Part shown: one piece after another, positions 40,400 through 52,600 of the stretch
Numbering within the stretch: the first letter of the stretch is position 1
How the letters are laid out: the number at the start of each line of letters is the position of its first letter
DNA from: Macrostomum hystrix
Lineage: Eukaryota; Animalia; Platyhelminthes
Length of the DNA: 64,000 bases
Reading direction: 5' to 3'
NCBI GenBank assembly: GCA_950097015.1
Contig: CATNEN010000011.1
Location: 2,728,001-2,792,000, forward strand
The notes under the pieces: model-generated
What the model was told of the DNA's origin: nothing
Seen by the model: the letters and a program-made list of their open reading frames with translations, nothing else
Databases searched by the model: none
Position numbers and translations under genes: made by a program

Positions 40400-43300
40400 T
40401 CAAGCGTTATAAGCTCCGCTACCGTAGTCGTTGAAACCTGGCGTAGACACCAGCTGTACAATTTCGGGGGAAAAAACTCCAACGGAGCCGTTGGCCCTGC
40501 GGCCGCGCCACAGAATGGCCGCATTGCCAGGTTGTTGCAGTTGACCCAATAGTGCGATAGTCTCGCCAGCTAATAGGCTGAGATGTCCTGGAACAGAATA
40601 ATCTGTCAGAGCCAATGCGTAGCCGACAATACTAGATCGGCGAGGAGTTGAAGTGCCAAGCAAGGCTGACTGCGAAGTGCGAAGCTGCGGCATGGCTGCG
40701 CTATTGTTATTATTATTAATATTATTATTAATGTTATTAGCGTTGTGAGTGTTCATATTGCCGCCCTGACTGTTGCTACGGGAATACATCATTGGCGGCG
40801 TGGGCGGAGCTGTGGGTCGATAAGGTCTGGCCAGCGTGGTGTCCAAATCAGTGAAGCATTCGCATAACGAATTCACGCTGTAGTAGGCCACTAGGGCCTG
40901 CACGGAGGCGAAGGTGCGAATCTCCCCTAGGTAGTAACTGCCGGACACCTGCGGTAAATCATTTTAAACTTCTCATTAGGATTTTCTTTTCACGATTTCT
41001 GCTCAAAACTAATTACAAAAACTCTTGATGATTGTAATGACCCACTTTTTGATGATTGTAATGACCCACTTCTTGATGATTGTAATGACCCACTTCTTGA
41101 TGATTGTAATGACCCACTTCTTGATGATTGTAATGACCCACTTCTTGATGATTGTAATGACCCACTTCTTGATGATTGTAATGACCCACTTCTTGATGAT
41201 TGTAATGACCCACTTCTTGATGATTGTAATGACCCACTTCTTGATGATTGTAATGACCCACTTCTTGATGATTCTAATGACCAACTTCTTGATGATTCTA
41301 ATGACCCACTTCTTGATGACACTAATGACCCACTTCTTGATGAGACTAATGACCCACTTCTTGATAATTCTAATGACCCACTTTTTGACGACTCTAGTGA
41401 CCCACTTTATTATGATTCTAATGACCTACTTCATTATGATTCTAATGACCCACTTCATTATGATTCTAATGACCCATTTTTTATGATTCTAATGACCCAC
41501 TTCTTGATGACTAAAATGGATCACGTTTCGGTTTATGAAATCATGAAATATATTACCCAGAAATCGACTCAGTTTACCGCTAGGCTAACATACGAAAAAA
41601 ACCGCGAAATGAAATCACAGCTCACCTGTTCGATGCGCATATGCTTGATAGTCTCCCTATAGCGCAGACTAATAGCATAATCTACGCTGCTAGTCTTGCT
41701 AAGCCTAACTAGGAAAGTGCCCACCGGCTGGCCAATCAGGCAGTCTCTGGCCTGCTCTCTGGACATCTGGCCAACGAACCAGTCGCACTGGCCCAGCGGT
41801 TGGGCGCCGTCTAGCGACAGGCCCCGGCTAAGCTGTCGAGACAGTCCGGCTTCGCCATTGCCTGGCTGCAATCCGTGCGACTCCTCGGATACCGGAGGCG
41901 GAATTCTCAGCGGCTGCATCGCTTGCGCGGCCGACGGAGACAAATCGGTGACGTCCGAGGCGGGTCCTGCGCGTGTTTGTTTAGGGAGGCAAGTTTTTTA
42001 ATTCGTAATACCAAAGGAGGACTCTAGGGGGGTTGTTGCCTAGTCGGGTGTTCAACCGAGTCTTAAAACACAGAATCACGAAACCACAGATTTGAAAAGG
42101 TAGGATCCTTAAGTCCCAGTCTCTAAATCCCTATCCCACTACTGCAAATCTGTCTCAAATCCCTCTATAGTAAATGTCTCAAATCCTACGATTCTAAATA
42201 TCCATCTCAAATCCCACGATTCAAAATACCGATCTCAAATCCCATAGTTCTAAATACCAGTCTCAAATCCCACGAATCTAAATATTGATCTCAAATCACA
42301 CGATTCTAAATACCGATCTCAAATCCCACGATTCTAAATATCGATCTGAAATCCCATAGTTCTAAATACCGATCTCAAATCCCACGATTCAAATTATCGA
42401 TCTCAAATCCCATAGGTCTAAATATCGATCTCAAATCCCATAGTTCTAAATACCGGTCTCAAATCCCACGATTCTAAATATCGATCCCAAATCCCACAAT
42501 TCTAAAAATCGATCTCAAATCCCACGATTCTAAAAATCGATCCCAAATCCCACAATTCTAAAAATCGATCTTAAATCCTATGATTCTTAATACCTACCAC
42601 AAATTCTACAGTTCTGAAAACCTACCTCGAATTTAATTGCACTAAATCCGAGTCTCAAATCCCAATATCCCAAATCCCGGATCTCAATCCAGAGTCGCAG
42701 GTTTCTATTATCCTAGTTTCAAAAACCTCTAAGGCAAGTGGCATGTTGAAACTTACTGATGCCAGTCGATGCTGGCAAAGTGTTGCTAACTCCTCCACCG
42801 TCGCGATGATCCCTGGGAGCAATAATCTCCGATTGGGATCTAGACGGCTTGGCGGGAATACAGGCCGGGTGAACTTTCATGCCAGTCTTGCGGCACCGAT
42901 AGCCCTGATAGAAGCAGCCCATAATTAGCTTGTGACACAGTGAGCAGTAGGTAGGCGACTCGAATGTGGTCGGCTCAAAGTAATGGCCAAACGAATTGAA
43001 ATTCGGCGGAGCCAGTACATCCTTGGCGCGCTGGTAGGCTTGCAGCCAGTGCTCCCTGGACTCGCGAGTCTTGGCTATGAAGACGAAATTCACAGCGTCA
43101 GCGGCCGAGCCTTTGCCCGCCGAGGAAGCGACTGAAGAGGCGATGGACGATGTGGCGCTGGTGCTGTTGGAATTGTGAATTGTCTGCGGATCTGTGACTG
43201 AGAAGTACCAGCACCATTTACTGTTGGACTGCTGCTGTTGCTGTTGCTGCTGAGGTGAAGTCTTTCAAGTGGAGGAAAGGGAAAAATCATTTAAAAAGTG

Positions 43301-46177
43301 AAACTCCAAAAAAGATCCAAAGAAAGAAATTCACTGACATACCAACCAAATAAGTACCGGAAAATCCCAACTAAAGAAATCCCCGAAAAGCATAACTAAA
43401 TAAATCACGTAAAATCCCAACTAAAGAAATCCCCGAAAATCCCAACTAAAGAGATCTCTTAAAATCACAACTAAAGAAATCCCCTAAAATTCTAACTCAA
43501 GAAATCCCCGAAAATCCCAACTAAAGAGATCTCTTAAAATCACAACTAAAGAAATCCCCTAAAATCCTAACTAAAGAAATCCCCGAAAATCCCAACTAAA
43601 GAAATCCCCGAAAATCATAACTAAATAAATCCCCTAAAATCCCAACTAAAGAAATCCCCTAAAATCCTAACTAAAGAAATCCCCGAAAATCCCAACTAAA
43701 GAAATCCCCGAAAATCCCAACTAAAGAAATCCCCGAAAATCATAACTAAATAAATCCCCTAAAATCCCAACTAAAGAAATCCCCGAAAATCATAACTAAA
43801 TAAATCCCCGAAAATCCAAACTAAAGAAATCCCCGAAAATCCCAACTAAAGAAATCCCCGAAAATCCCAACTAAAGAAATCCCCGAAAATCCCAACTAAA
43901 GAGATCCCCGAAAATCATAACTAAATAAATCCCCTAAAATCCCAACTAAAGAAATCCCCGAAAATCATAACTAAATAAATCCCCGAAAATCCCAACTAAA
44001 GAAATCCCCGAAAATCCCAACTAAAGAAATCCCCGAAAATCCCAACTAAAGAGATCTCTTAAAATCCTAACTAAAGAAATCCCCTAAAAATCCTAACTAA
44101 AGAACTCCCATAAAATCACAACTAAAGAACTCCCATAAAATCACAACTAAAGAACTCCCATAAAATCACAACTAAAGAAATCCCATAAAATCCTAACTAA
44201 AGAAATCCCTAAAAATCCTAACTAAAGAAATCCCCTAAAATCCTAACTGAAGAATTCGTCTAAAATTTTTAGTAAAGAAATCCCCTGAATTCCCAAAAAT
44301 GCAGGGGACAAAATACAAAATACAAATAGAAAAAAATCCACGGAAATCTTAACTGAAGAAAAACATAATTGCATATCAGTGAAATCCCATAAATCCCTAC
44401 TGAGAAAATACTGTAACATTATTCCCACCCCAGCAGAAGCACATGCACTGACCGCTTGTTGCAGTACACGCGCGCCACTTTTCTTACTAGCCGGCGGACA
44501 GTCAATGGCCTTAACAACAAGATCTGTGCGTACAGCGAACACATTCTTAAACAAGTAAGTATCTTTGCCTGGTCCTCGACTCTTCGTTAACATGCAGATT
44601 CGATTCCACAGGAAGCAGTGACGCAATTTACTACCGGAAGCAGGCCGATTGGGATCGTTTGCGACTTTGATTTCATCGTCCATAAGCAGCCGGCCGTAGC
44701 TAATTAATCTCATCGGCGAAGGTAACTCCAAATCGTCTATAGTATTTTGTATCTGATCGATAAGTGCTATCTCTTCGTAGTCGCGTTTCACTTCGTTAAT
44801 ATAGTCTGCCACGTCCTTCATGCTGGCGTGGGCCTCGCGCAACTGCTCTAAATCAAACTGAGGCGCTGGCTGCTGCGGCTGCTGAGATGCTGCCACTAAT
44901 TTCTCTTCCAAACTGATAAGATTCTGCAGCATTAGATGATATTTGAGCACGCGCTGCATTGGTACAGTTAGAAAATCGGTGAGCTTAAACTTGAACACAG
45001 CTTTACTATTATTAACATGCTGCTGTAGCTCTTCAGCTTTGCGTTTGTCGCATTTGCAAGCATTCTCAACTAGTTTTCTGGCTCTGGGTAGGTGACCGCC
45101 GTAATGCCCGTAGATAAGCAAGCGATCTTTAAACGAAGTGAACACTTGAGGCAGACTTTGAGCGAACTCCGGTCGAAGCATAATAGAAATCTGCAATTCC
45201 TGCAACAGTTTCTGATGCAGAGCGAATAATTCTGGTATCAGTTTGAAGATTTCGTCAACTTCTTCTGCGGACCAGGCTGAGTGACGGGTCTTCATTGGCC
45301 GCATAATATCTTCGACCAGGAAGCGCAGGGTGTCAACATAAGAACGCTCTGTGTCAACTATCTCTTGCACGCACATTTCTGTTGCTGTCAAACCTTTGCC
45401 TTGCTGCTGCGGCTGCTGCTGCTGTTGCTGCGTCATTGGCGGCTGCTGCTCAACTGCGCTATTCATAGTATGAGCGCCGCGTAAATTAATCAGGCAATCG
45501 TAGACCTTCTCTTCGGCCTGCTGAGAGGAACAGCAGCTGCTGCTGAGTCCACTAGAGTCGATAGGCTGCTCAAGCTGCTGCTGCTGCTGTTGCTGATTTC
45601 TCTGGTGCCTAGTGTGCACAGATACGGGCTCCGGCTGCGAGTCCGCTACAAAGCTATAATAATCTGACTCAGCCTGAGGACTGCACCTGATGATTTCAAA
45701 GCCGGCGATGCCACTCTGCCTGGCTCTGGGACATCTGGACAGATTTGACAAAGCGTCAATAATGCCAATAATATTCTCCTGTTCCAGTAGGTCTTCGGCG
45801 CGGAACAATTCCGACTTTTTTAATCGGAAATACGATTCACACTGGCCAAGAAACACTAGGATATTATTTTTGAATACAAACGGCGAGTTAAGAGTCATTA
45901 GTTTGAAGCCTTCCAGACTATCTAGTGTGATCTCATTGCAGCTTAGAGCGGGCAAGATGTGGCACAGCAATATGCCATCCTTCAATAGGCTCAACAGGTC
46001 CATAACAGTGGCCTGAGGATCTGTGAGCACAGTTTGAGCTAGCTGCAGTATGTCTGGCACATTTTCTAAGCAGCAAAAGAGCCACTCAGCGCAAGGGCGC
46101 CATTGATTCTTGACGGCCTCGTCTGTGCCATCTCCTGTATCAACTCCACCGGTAGTAGCAATAGCTGAAGATGACAT
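40400..46177 (-). CDS. VAV: Vav guanine-nucleotide exchange factor (CH-acidic-DH-PH-C1-SH2-SH3), 4 exons, ~1039 aa from the first in-exon ATG
   Basis: Exons 46177-44453, 43261-42757, 41966-41626, 40948-40400; phase-consistent (3120 nt). CH (WRPCAEWL...LKDGILLCHIL), acidic tyrosines (ESDYY, EEKVYDCL), DH (CVQEIVDTERSY, LTVPMQRVLKYHLML), PH, C1 (HYF...CSLC...QGYRC), SH2 (WFVGQMSR...GTFLVR), C-terminal SH3. The start may be further upstream: the frame is open to 46312, and a micro-exon ATG GCA CAG|GT is possible at 46442-46434. Confidence 0.95.
41025..41512. repeat. Minisatellite, 24-bp unit GATGATTGTAATGACCCACTTCTT, in Vav intron 3
   Basis: About 20 copies. Confidence 0.97.
42110..42680. repeat. 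Minisatellite, 28-bp unit CTCAAATCCCACGATTCTAAATATCGAT, in Vav intron 2
   Basis: About 19 diverged copies. Confidence 0.92.
43345..44245. repeat. Minisatellite, 25-bp unit AAATCCCCGAAAATCCCAACTAAAG, in Vav intron 1
   Basis: About 36 copies. Confidence 0.97.
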
Positions 46178-47848
46178 TAGTCGCTGTCTAGCTAGTCTAG
46201 GCGGCGGCAAAGGCAATGGCGGCAACTTCAAAGCGACGGTCTTTGATCTAGCCTGCACAATTGGCGCTAAATTTGTGACAGGTTGGGCGGGTAGCTGGCG
46301 ACTGCGACCCAAAATAGGGCGCGACAGAGGACTGAAATTTAGAGGGAAGACGGTGGTTAACTGGATTGAACATTTTCTGACTGTTTGCAGGAATTAATGT
46401 GTTAGAGAAGGGATCCCTAAGGACTAAATATACCTGTGCCATAGACAGAAAACTTGTGTGATAGATCAGAGTGGTCTATTGAAAACACCTCCAACATAGA
46501 TGGAAATGGTCTATTGAAAACACAGGTATCATAGATGGAAATGGTCTATTGAAAACACACGTAAAAACTTACAAATTAGTGGACTGAAACTCAGCTATGC
46601 TGTCCCAATGGATTCTTAATTCTGCTACACTAAAACGCTTTGAAATAAACGCCATTTGAAATAAATATTGACGATAGACGATCAACTAAAATAGTAAAAT
46701 CCTAAATTGTAAACTGGCCCTAGATTTTACTAAATAATACACTAAGTCTAGGAGAGATACATAAAAAAATACACAGGCATTAATACAGTTGCCAACCCGA
46801 ATAGAAGCAAAACCATAGAAATAACTAACCAATCAGCATTAAGAACAAACTACTGCCAAAAGATATAGCTGATAGTGTATCATTATTGTATATTGATATG
46901 GCACAAAAAACATAACGACTAGATAATTTCTATACTACAAGTGAACTACAATCTGCAGAGGAAGGAAATATATAAAAATAGATAAAAAAAAGGTTTAACT
47001 GCGTCATACAGTCGAGAGTTTTTCCTGTCCTGAAAACTTATACCAATACATATACATTAGTGGCGCATGAGAATCAGGCGGGGGAATGTATACACAATGA
47101 ACACAAGGCTAACTTTGTTGAATTTACATATATATTTTTGCAAAGCGAAAGCAACAATCAAATGATACGTGTCCTTTGTGTGTACAGCTGTTCTGTCCAT
47201 GGACTGGGAATGCGTAAAACTAAGGTTGAAAACTCTACAACGAGTTAAACTTACACTGCAAAGCTGTTCTTTAACAAAAGCCTCAAATGCTAGCGTATTA
47301 AGCTTTCAATTTAGCAGAATCAGTATGAAATATTTCTATGCTTAGGTTATAATACACACAGGCCCTAATTTATGGACTAAGTTTTATAATTAGTTAAATT
47401 CGAATATGTAGCATAAACAGATTTAGAGGTAAATATATAAATATTTGACCAGGTATCCTTGTTCTAAAGATGTTTATCTGCAGAAGTGGACAGAATTTTG
47501 AGAAGGATAATTGAAAATAGCATTTATACTTACAGACACCTATTTAGGATTTAATAAAATTTATTTCCATAAATTCAGCACTAAGTTAGGGCAAAAGTTA
47601 GTTAAGTTAGGGTAAGTTAGGGCAAATATCTAGCGTGTCCTTTGCCAGAGCTCAATATCATTCAATATTTGATTTACTAACACTCCTTAGAAGCTTACTA
47701 AATCGACTCGCCTCCAAGGATTAACTCAAATCGTTCCCCATAATATATTTCCGGTTTTAAGGGGAGATAAGAAATACTAAGGCCAAGACCTTCTAGAATT
47801 ATAGCTGATTTTGTGTGAGATAAGAAGTATCGACCGATCCATCGAGCT

Positions 47849-48047
47849 AATAATAATAATATTTATTGATTAACAGTGCCCGACTTTAATGGGTACCAGC
47901 GTTGCTATTGCTAACAGCTGGGTGAACTGAAGCAATACAGAGTTAAGTGTCTTGCCAAATGCCGGAAATTGTTTCAGAGGAGTCAAGAATCGAACCACCG
48001 ACCTTTCATTTGCGAATCCGACGTTCTAACCACTAGGCTACAGCCCC
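47849..48047 (-). mobile_element. CORE-type SINE with a shorter, different 3' end and a (TTA)n tail
   Basis: tRNA head and CORE match 28180-28320, followed directly by ...TCAATAAATATTATTATTA instead of the CAGTCCATGGACTG segment. Confidence 0.8.
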
Positions 48048-48754
48048 ACGGCCAAGATAAAATCAAAGGTCTAAGACTGTAAATGATGCCAAGATACAAT
48101 TTTAAAACCGATTAGCCTAGTCTTACTACAATATGGGTATAGAAATTACTGCGCCAAATGTGAAAGAAAAAAGCAACAAAATTTGTGAAAACATACAGAA
48201 AGTCAACAGACAGGCGATTATTTTTTGTAAATTTCATTTTGCTTAAAAAATATGCAGTATTTTTGTCTGACTATTGAGATGCTTGTAGTAGTATGTGATT
48301 AGCCAAAAAATAGAAAATGAAAACAAGTTTGAGAGAAAATAACATAGGCCACGAGAACTAGGTTAGTGAACCACATGTGTGTACACTTACTAAAGTATAA
48401 CAGCTTCACTAATAAAATATTCAGTCCATGGACCACTCAGTTCCGTCAAGCCGCGAAAAACTTCAAGCCTTCTAAATAGATGCGGCTGTGCCCATGGCTG
48501 TACATGCGCTGACGAGACAATTTGAAAGAAATGTGACAACATTTTTTCTACAAGAGATGACGCAAAAATTAATTATTAGCGAAGGTGCAACATAACACGC
48601 ATGCGTATTGTGTATTGAAAGCGGAAAGTTATTTATAAACAAAATATTTGATTCTTTATAAGTGAAAAAATAAGATTCACGAATGGCTTAGCGACTCACC
48701 AGGATGTGAAAGTTATACATTGTCGGTGCACATTTTAGGAAAAATAGGTTAAAA

Positions 48755-49245
48755 ATCCCAATCCAAGAAACTGAGAGGTAAGAAATCCGAATGTGAGGAT
48801 CTGAGAGGCTAGAAATCCCAATGTGAGGATCCGAAAGGTTAGAAATCCCAATGTGAGGATCCGAGAGGTAAGAAATCCCAATGTGAGGATCTGATAGGTT
48901 AGAAATCCCTATGTCAGGATCCTAGAATTAGAAATCCCAATGTGAGGATCCGAGAGGTTAGAAATCCCAATGTGAGGATCCGAGAGGTTAGAAATCCCAA
49001 TGTGAGGATCCGAAAAGTTAGAAATCCCAATGTGAGGATCCGAAAAGTTAGAAATCCCAATGTGAGGATCCGAAAAGTTAGAAATCCCAATGTGAGGAAT
49101 CGAAAGGTTAGAAATCCTATCGTGAGGATTTGAGAGGTTAGAAATCCCATCGTGAGGATTTGAGAGGTTAGAAATCCCAATGTGAGGATCCGAGAAGTTA
49201 GAAATCCCAATGTGAGGATCTGAAAGGTTAGAAATCCCATTAGAA
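48755..49245. repeat. Minisatellite, 30-bp unit AGAAATCCCAATGTGAGGATCCGAGAGGTT
   Basis: About 16 copies, ~430 bp beyond the lectin-receptor stop codon. Confidence 0.96.
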
Positions 49246-49670
49246 GGAGATCCGAGAGTTTAGAAACAAGAAATTATGTTAAATTGTTAAATTCAACTGA
49301 TTTGTTGAATTAAGTTTGTTCAATTTGAGGAAACTTAATTTAATTACAAGGACTAGACATGTGGAAATAAACTGAAAGGATAGTACAAAATATAATATAT
49401 AATATAAAATAAAATATAAAACTAAGATATGCACCAGCTGAATAATAAAAAAGATTAGACGATCAAAACACTATAAATAAATAAAAGTTGAAACATTCAG
49501 CTGCGATTTCCCTTAAAACAGCAAAAAACAAACCAAACAGAAATTAAAATACGTATCTTCTAGCTGAAACAAAGCAAGATATAATCAGCTGTTTAGTTAA
49601 CAGGTAAAAATATCACAGTGCTTTGATAGTAGCCGTAGCTACTAATCCCAATGATGCCAGGCAGTGGGCA

Positions 49671-52600
49671 TCAACAGTTAGCCGGCATATAGATGGGATT
49701 GTGAAATGACGTGCCTCCATCGGTGCTGATGCCGCCAAACATGCTGCCACCGCCACCAGTATCCAGATTCAGCTGCGGTCGATAACCGGCTGCCCATCGT
49801 CCGCGCTTCCAGATGCAGAAGCCAAGAACGCCGACTACGGCGACGCCGCAGGCGCTGACTAGAACAATGGCGGTCAGCACACCAAGGCTAGTACCCTGGC
49901 CTGGACACACTGGCACGTTACAATATTCCATGTCCAGCATGGGTAAACCGGATTTAGATAGAGTTTTGGAATAGTAAAAACAGGCTGGCTGGCCAACACC
50001 TGTTGCTAAACCGTTGTTGCTACCCAATTGCCACAGAGACCGACAGTAGCTGGCAGCTTCACCCAGTGTCTCCTGGAAAAGATAAGGGCCGTTCAACAAT
50101 CCACTGATCAGCTGATCAATCTGATGCTTTTGTTCAACAATCCACTGATCAGCTAATCAATCTGATGCTTTTGTTCAACAATCCACTGATCAGCTGATCA
50201 ATCTGATGCTTTTGTTCAATAATCTACTGATCAGCTGATCAATCTGATGCTTTTGTTCAACAATCCACTGATCAGCTGATCAATCTGATGCTTTTGTTCA
50301 ATAATCTACTGATCAGCTGATCAATCTGATGCTTTTGTTCAACAATCCACTGATCAGCTGATCAATCTGATGCTTTTGTTCAATAATCTACTGATCAGCT
50401 GATCAATCTGATGTTTTTGTTCAACAACCCACTGATCAGCTGATCAATCTGATGTTTTTGTTCAACAACCCACTGATCAGCTGATCAATCTGATGCTTTT
50501 GTTCAATAATCTACTGATCAGCTGATCAATCTGATGCTTTTGTTCAATAATCTACTGATCAGCTGATCAATCTGATGCTTTTGTTCAATAATCTACTGAT
50601 CAGCTGATCAATCTGATGCCTTTGTTCAATAATCCACTGATCAGCTGATCAATCTGATGCCTTTGTTCAATAATCTACTGATCAGCTGATCAATATGATG
50701 CTTTTGTTCAATAATCTACTAATCAGCTGATCAATCTGATGCTTTTGTTCAATAATCTACTGATTCGCTTATCGAGCTGAATATTTTTAGGTTGGCAGAG
50801 AAATAAATTTACTGTCTAGAGCTGTTAGGGCACATGATTACACATGAAATTAGATGAATCTTCATGTTATACACACCTGAAAATTATTCGTGTCTTCAGC
50901 GGCGCCACTGTAATACGGATTCTGAGCAAGTTGCACAGCTCTGCTAGAGACAGTAGCGTTTAAGAAGCCGTCAGTATGAATCTCATGGATAAGCCTGACT
51001 AGATCCCAGCGAACGCATTTGTGTCCGCTAATAGTGCTAGCTGCATTGCCTGCGTAGCGGTTACTAGCGCTATAGCAACCTATCTCATTGGCTGTGGATG
51101 CAGGGCTGGAGCTGGCAACGCCATTAGCGAGAGCTTTGCAAACGAATGACTTTTTAATTGAGCACTGCTCAGCCGGACCGTTGCTAATCCGATTTAGACC
51201 CATAGCAGCCGGCGTCACTCGATTGTATAATCGGTAACCATAGCAACCGTTTAGATTGTCCAAATTGTAGTGACGCCATTCGGAAAGCAAATAATCAAAC
51301 CGAACCGGCCTACGGCTAGTTGTCCATAAGAGTTCAGTTATTTCCGCTTTATCAGTTTTCAAATCGAACCAAATATCAGCTGGTGGCGGATTTCTCACAG
51401 CTGCAGCCAAGCTGCGAACAAAGTGGACCTTAAAAAGTATAGGTAGAGTTCGGAAAAATACAGAATGAGTTCGGGAAAAACAGGGTAAGTTCGGGGAGAA
51501 CATGGTGGGTTTGGAGAAAACAGGTGAGTTCGGGGAGAACAGTGGTTTTGGGGAGAACAGAGTGAGTTCGGGGAGAACAGAATGAGTTGGGGGAGAACAG
51601 AATGAGTTCGGGGAGAACAGAATGAGTTCGGGGGAGAACAGAGTGAGTTCGGGGGAGAACAGAATGAGTTCGAGGGAGAACAGAGTGAGTTCGGGGAGAA
51701 CAGAGTGATTTTGGGGATAACAGGGTGAGTACGGGAAGAACAGAGTGATTTGGGGAATACCAGAGTGAGTTCGGGGATAACAGAGTGAGGTCGGAATGGA
51801 ACGGAAGAACGGAATGGGTTTTTGACCTACATGGGATGAAATGCATTGAGCATTGAGTTCAGGAAATTGGGGGAAGACAAAAAAAATTGGGGAAGTACAA
51901 AATACAGTTAAAAGGCGTGACATAATGAGGTTGGGAAGTGAATAATTCAGGATGCACATGTTACAAAAAATCGGAAAGTACAGAACGAGAATAGAAGTAA
52001 ATAATTGGGAAAAAATAATGATATAGATAAAAATAAAAAATGCCCACCTCAAATGACGAATCGAACCAGAGCAGTTGCGCGCCCTCATGTTGGCATTCAG
52101 CCTGAGCGGCAGAGAAGTTGGCAGGACTATCTGGTTTGCTAAATCGATAACACCAGGTATTATTGAAGGCCAGGTAGCCAGTTTTGCACAATTCGTTAGA
52201 CGGCCTCGCTGGCGAAGAAAAGACGCGCTTTATTCTACAGATGGCTGGCAATGGTAGGGCGCATGTTTCAGGCACCTGGTAGCCTGAATCGCTAACGGAC
52301 GGATGATATCTAATAGCCAGACAATCCGTAGAAAGTAATTCGGGGACCGGAGGCCAGATCAAGTGTTCTAGCCGCGAATGGTCTAGCCAATTAAAGGCGT
52401 GCTTGTCCCACTTTAGGCCAATCCAAGCCAGTCCGGCTCGTTTGCCCAAGCGGGCTAATAAACTAGTCAAGAAATCATGCTGTCCTATTGTCTGATAAGA
52501 AGCCAAATCGCCGCCAAGACTTTGACAATTCCTTCGGGCATTTTCAAATGTGGCCGGCTTATCTAGCAGCCGATAACAGGTTGTGTTATCTGGTGATGAT

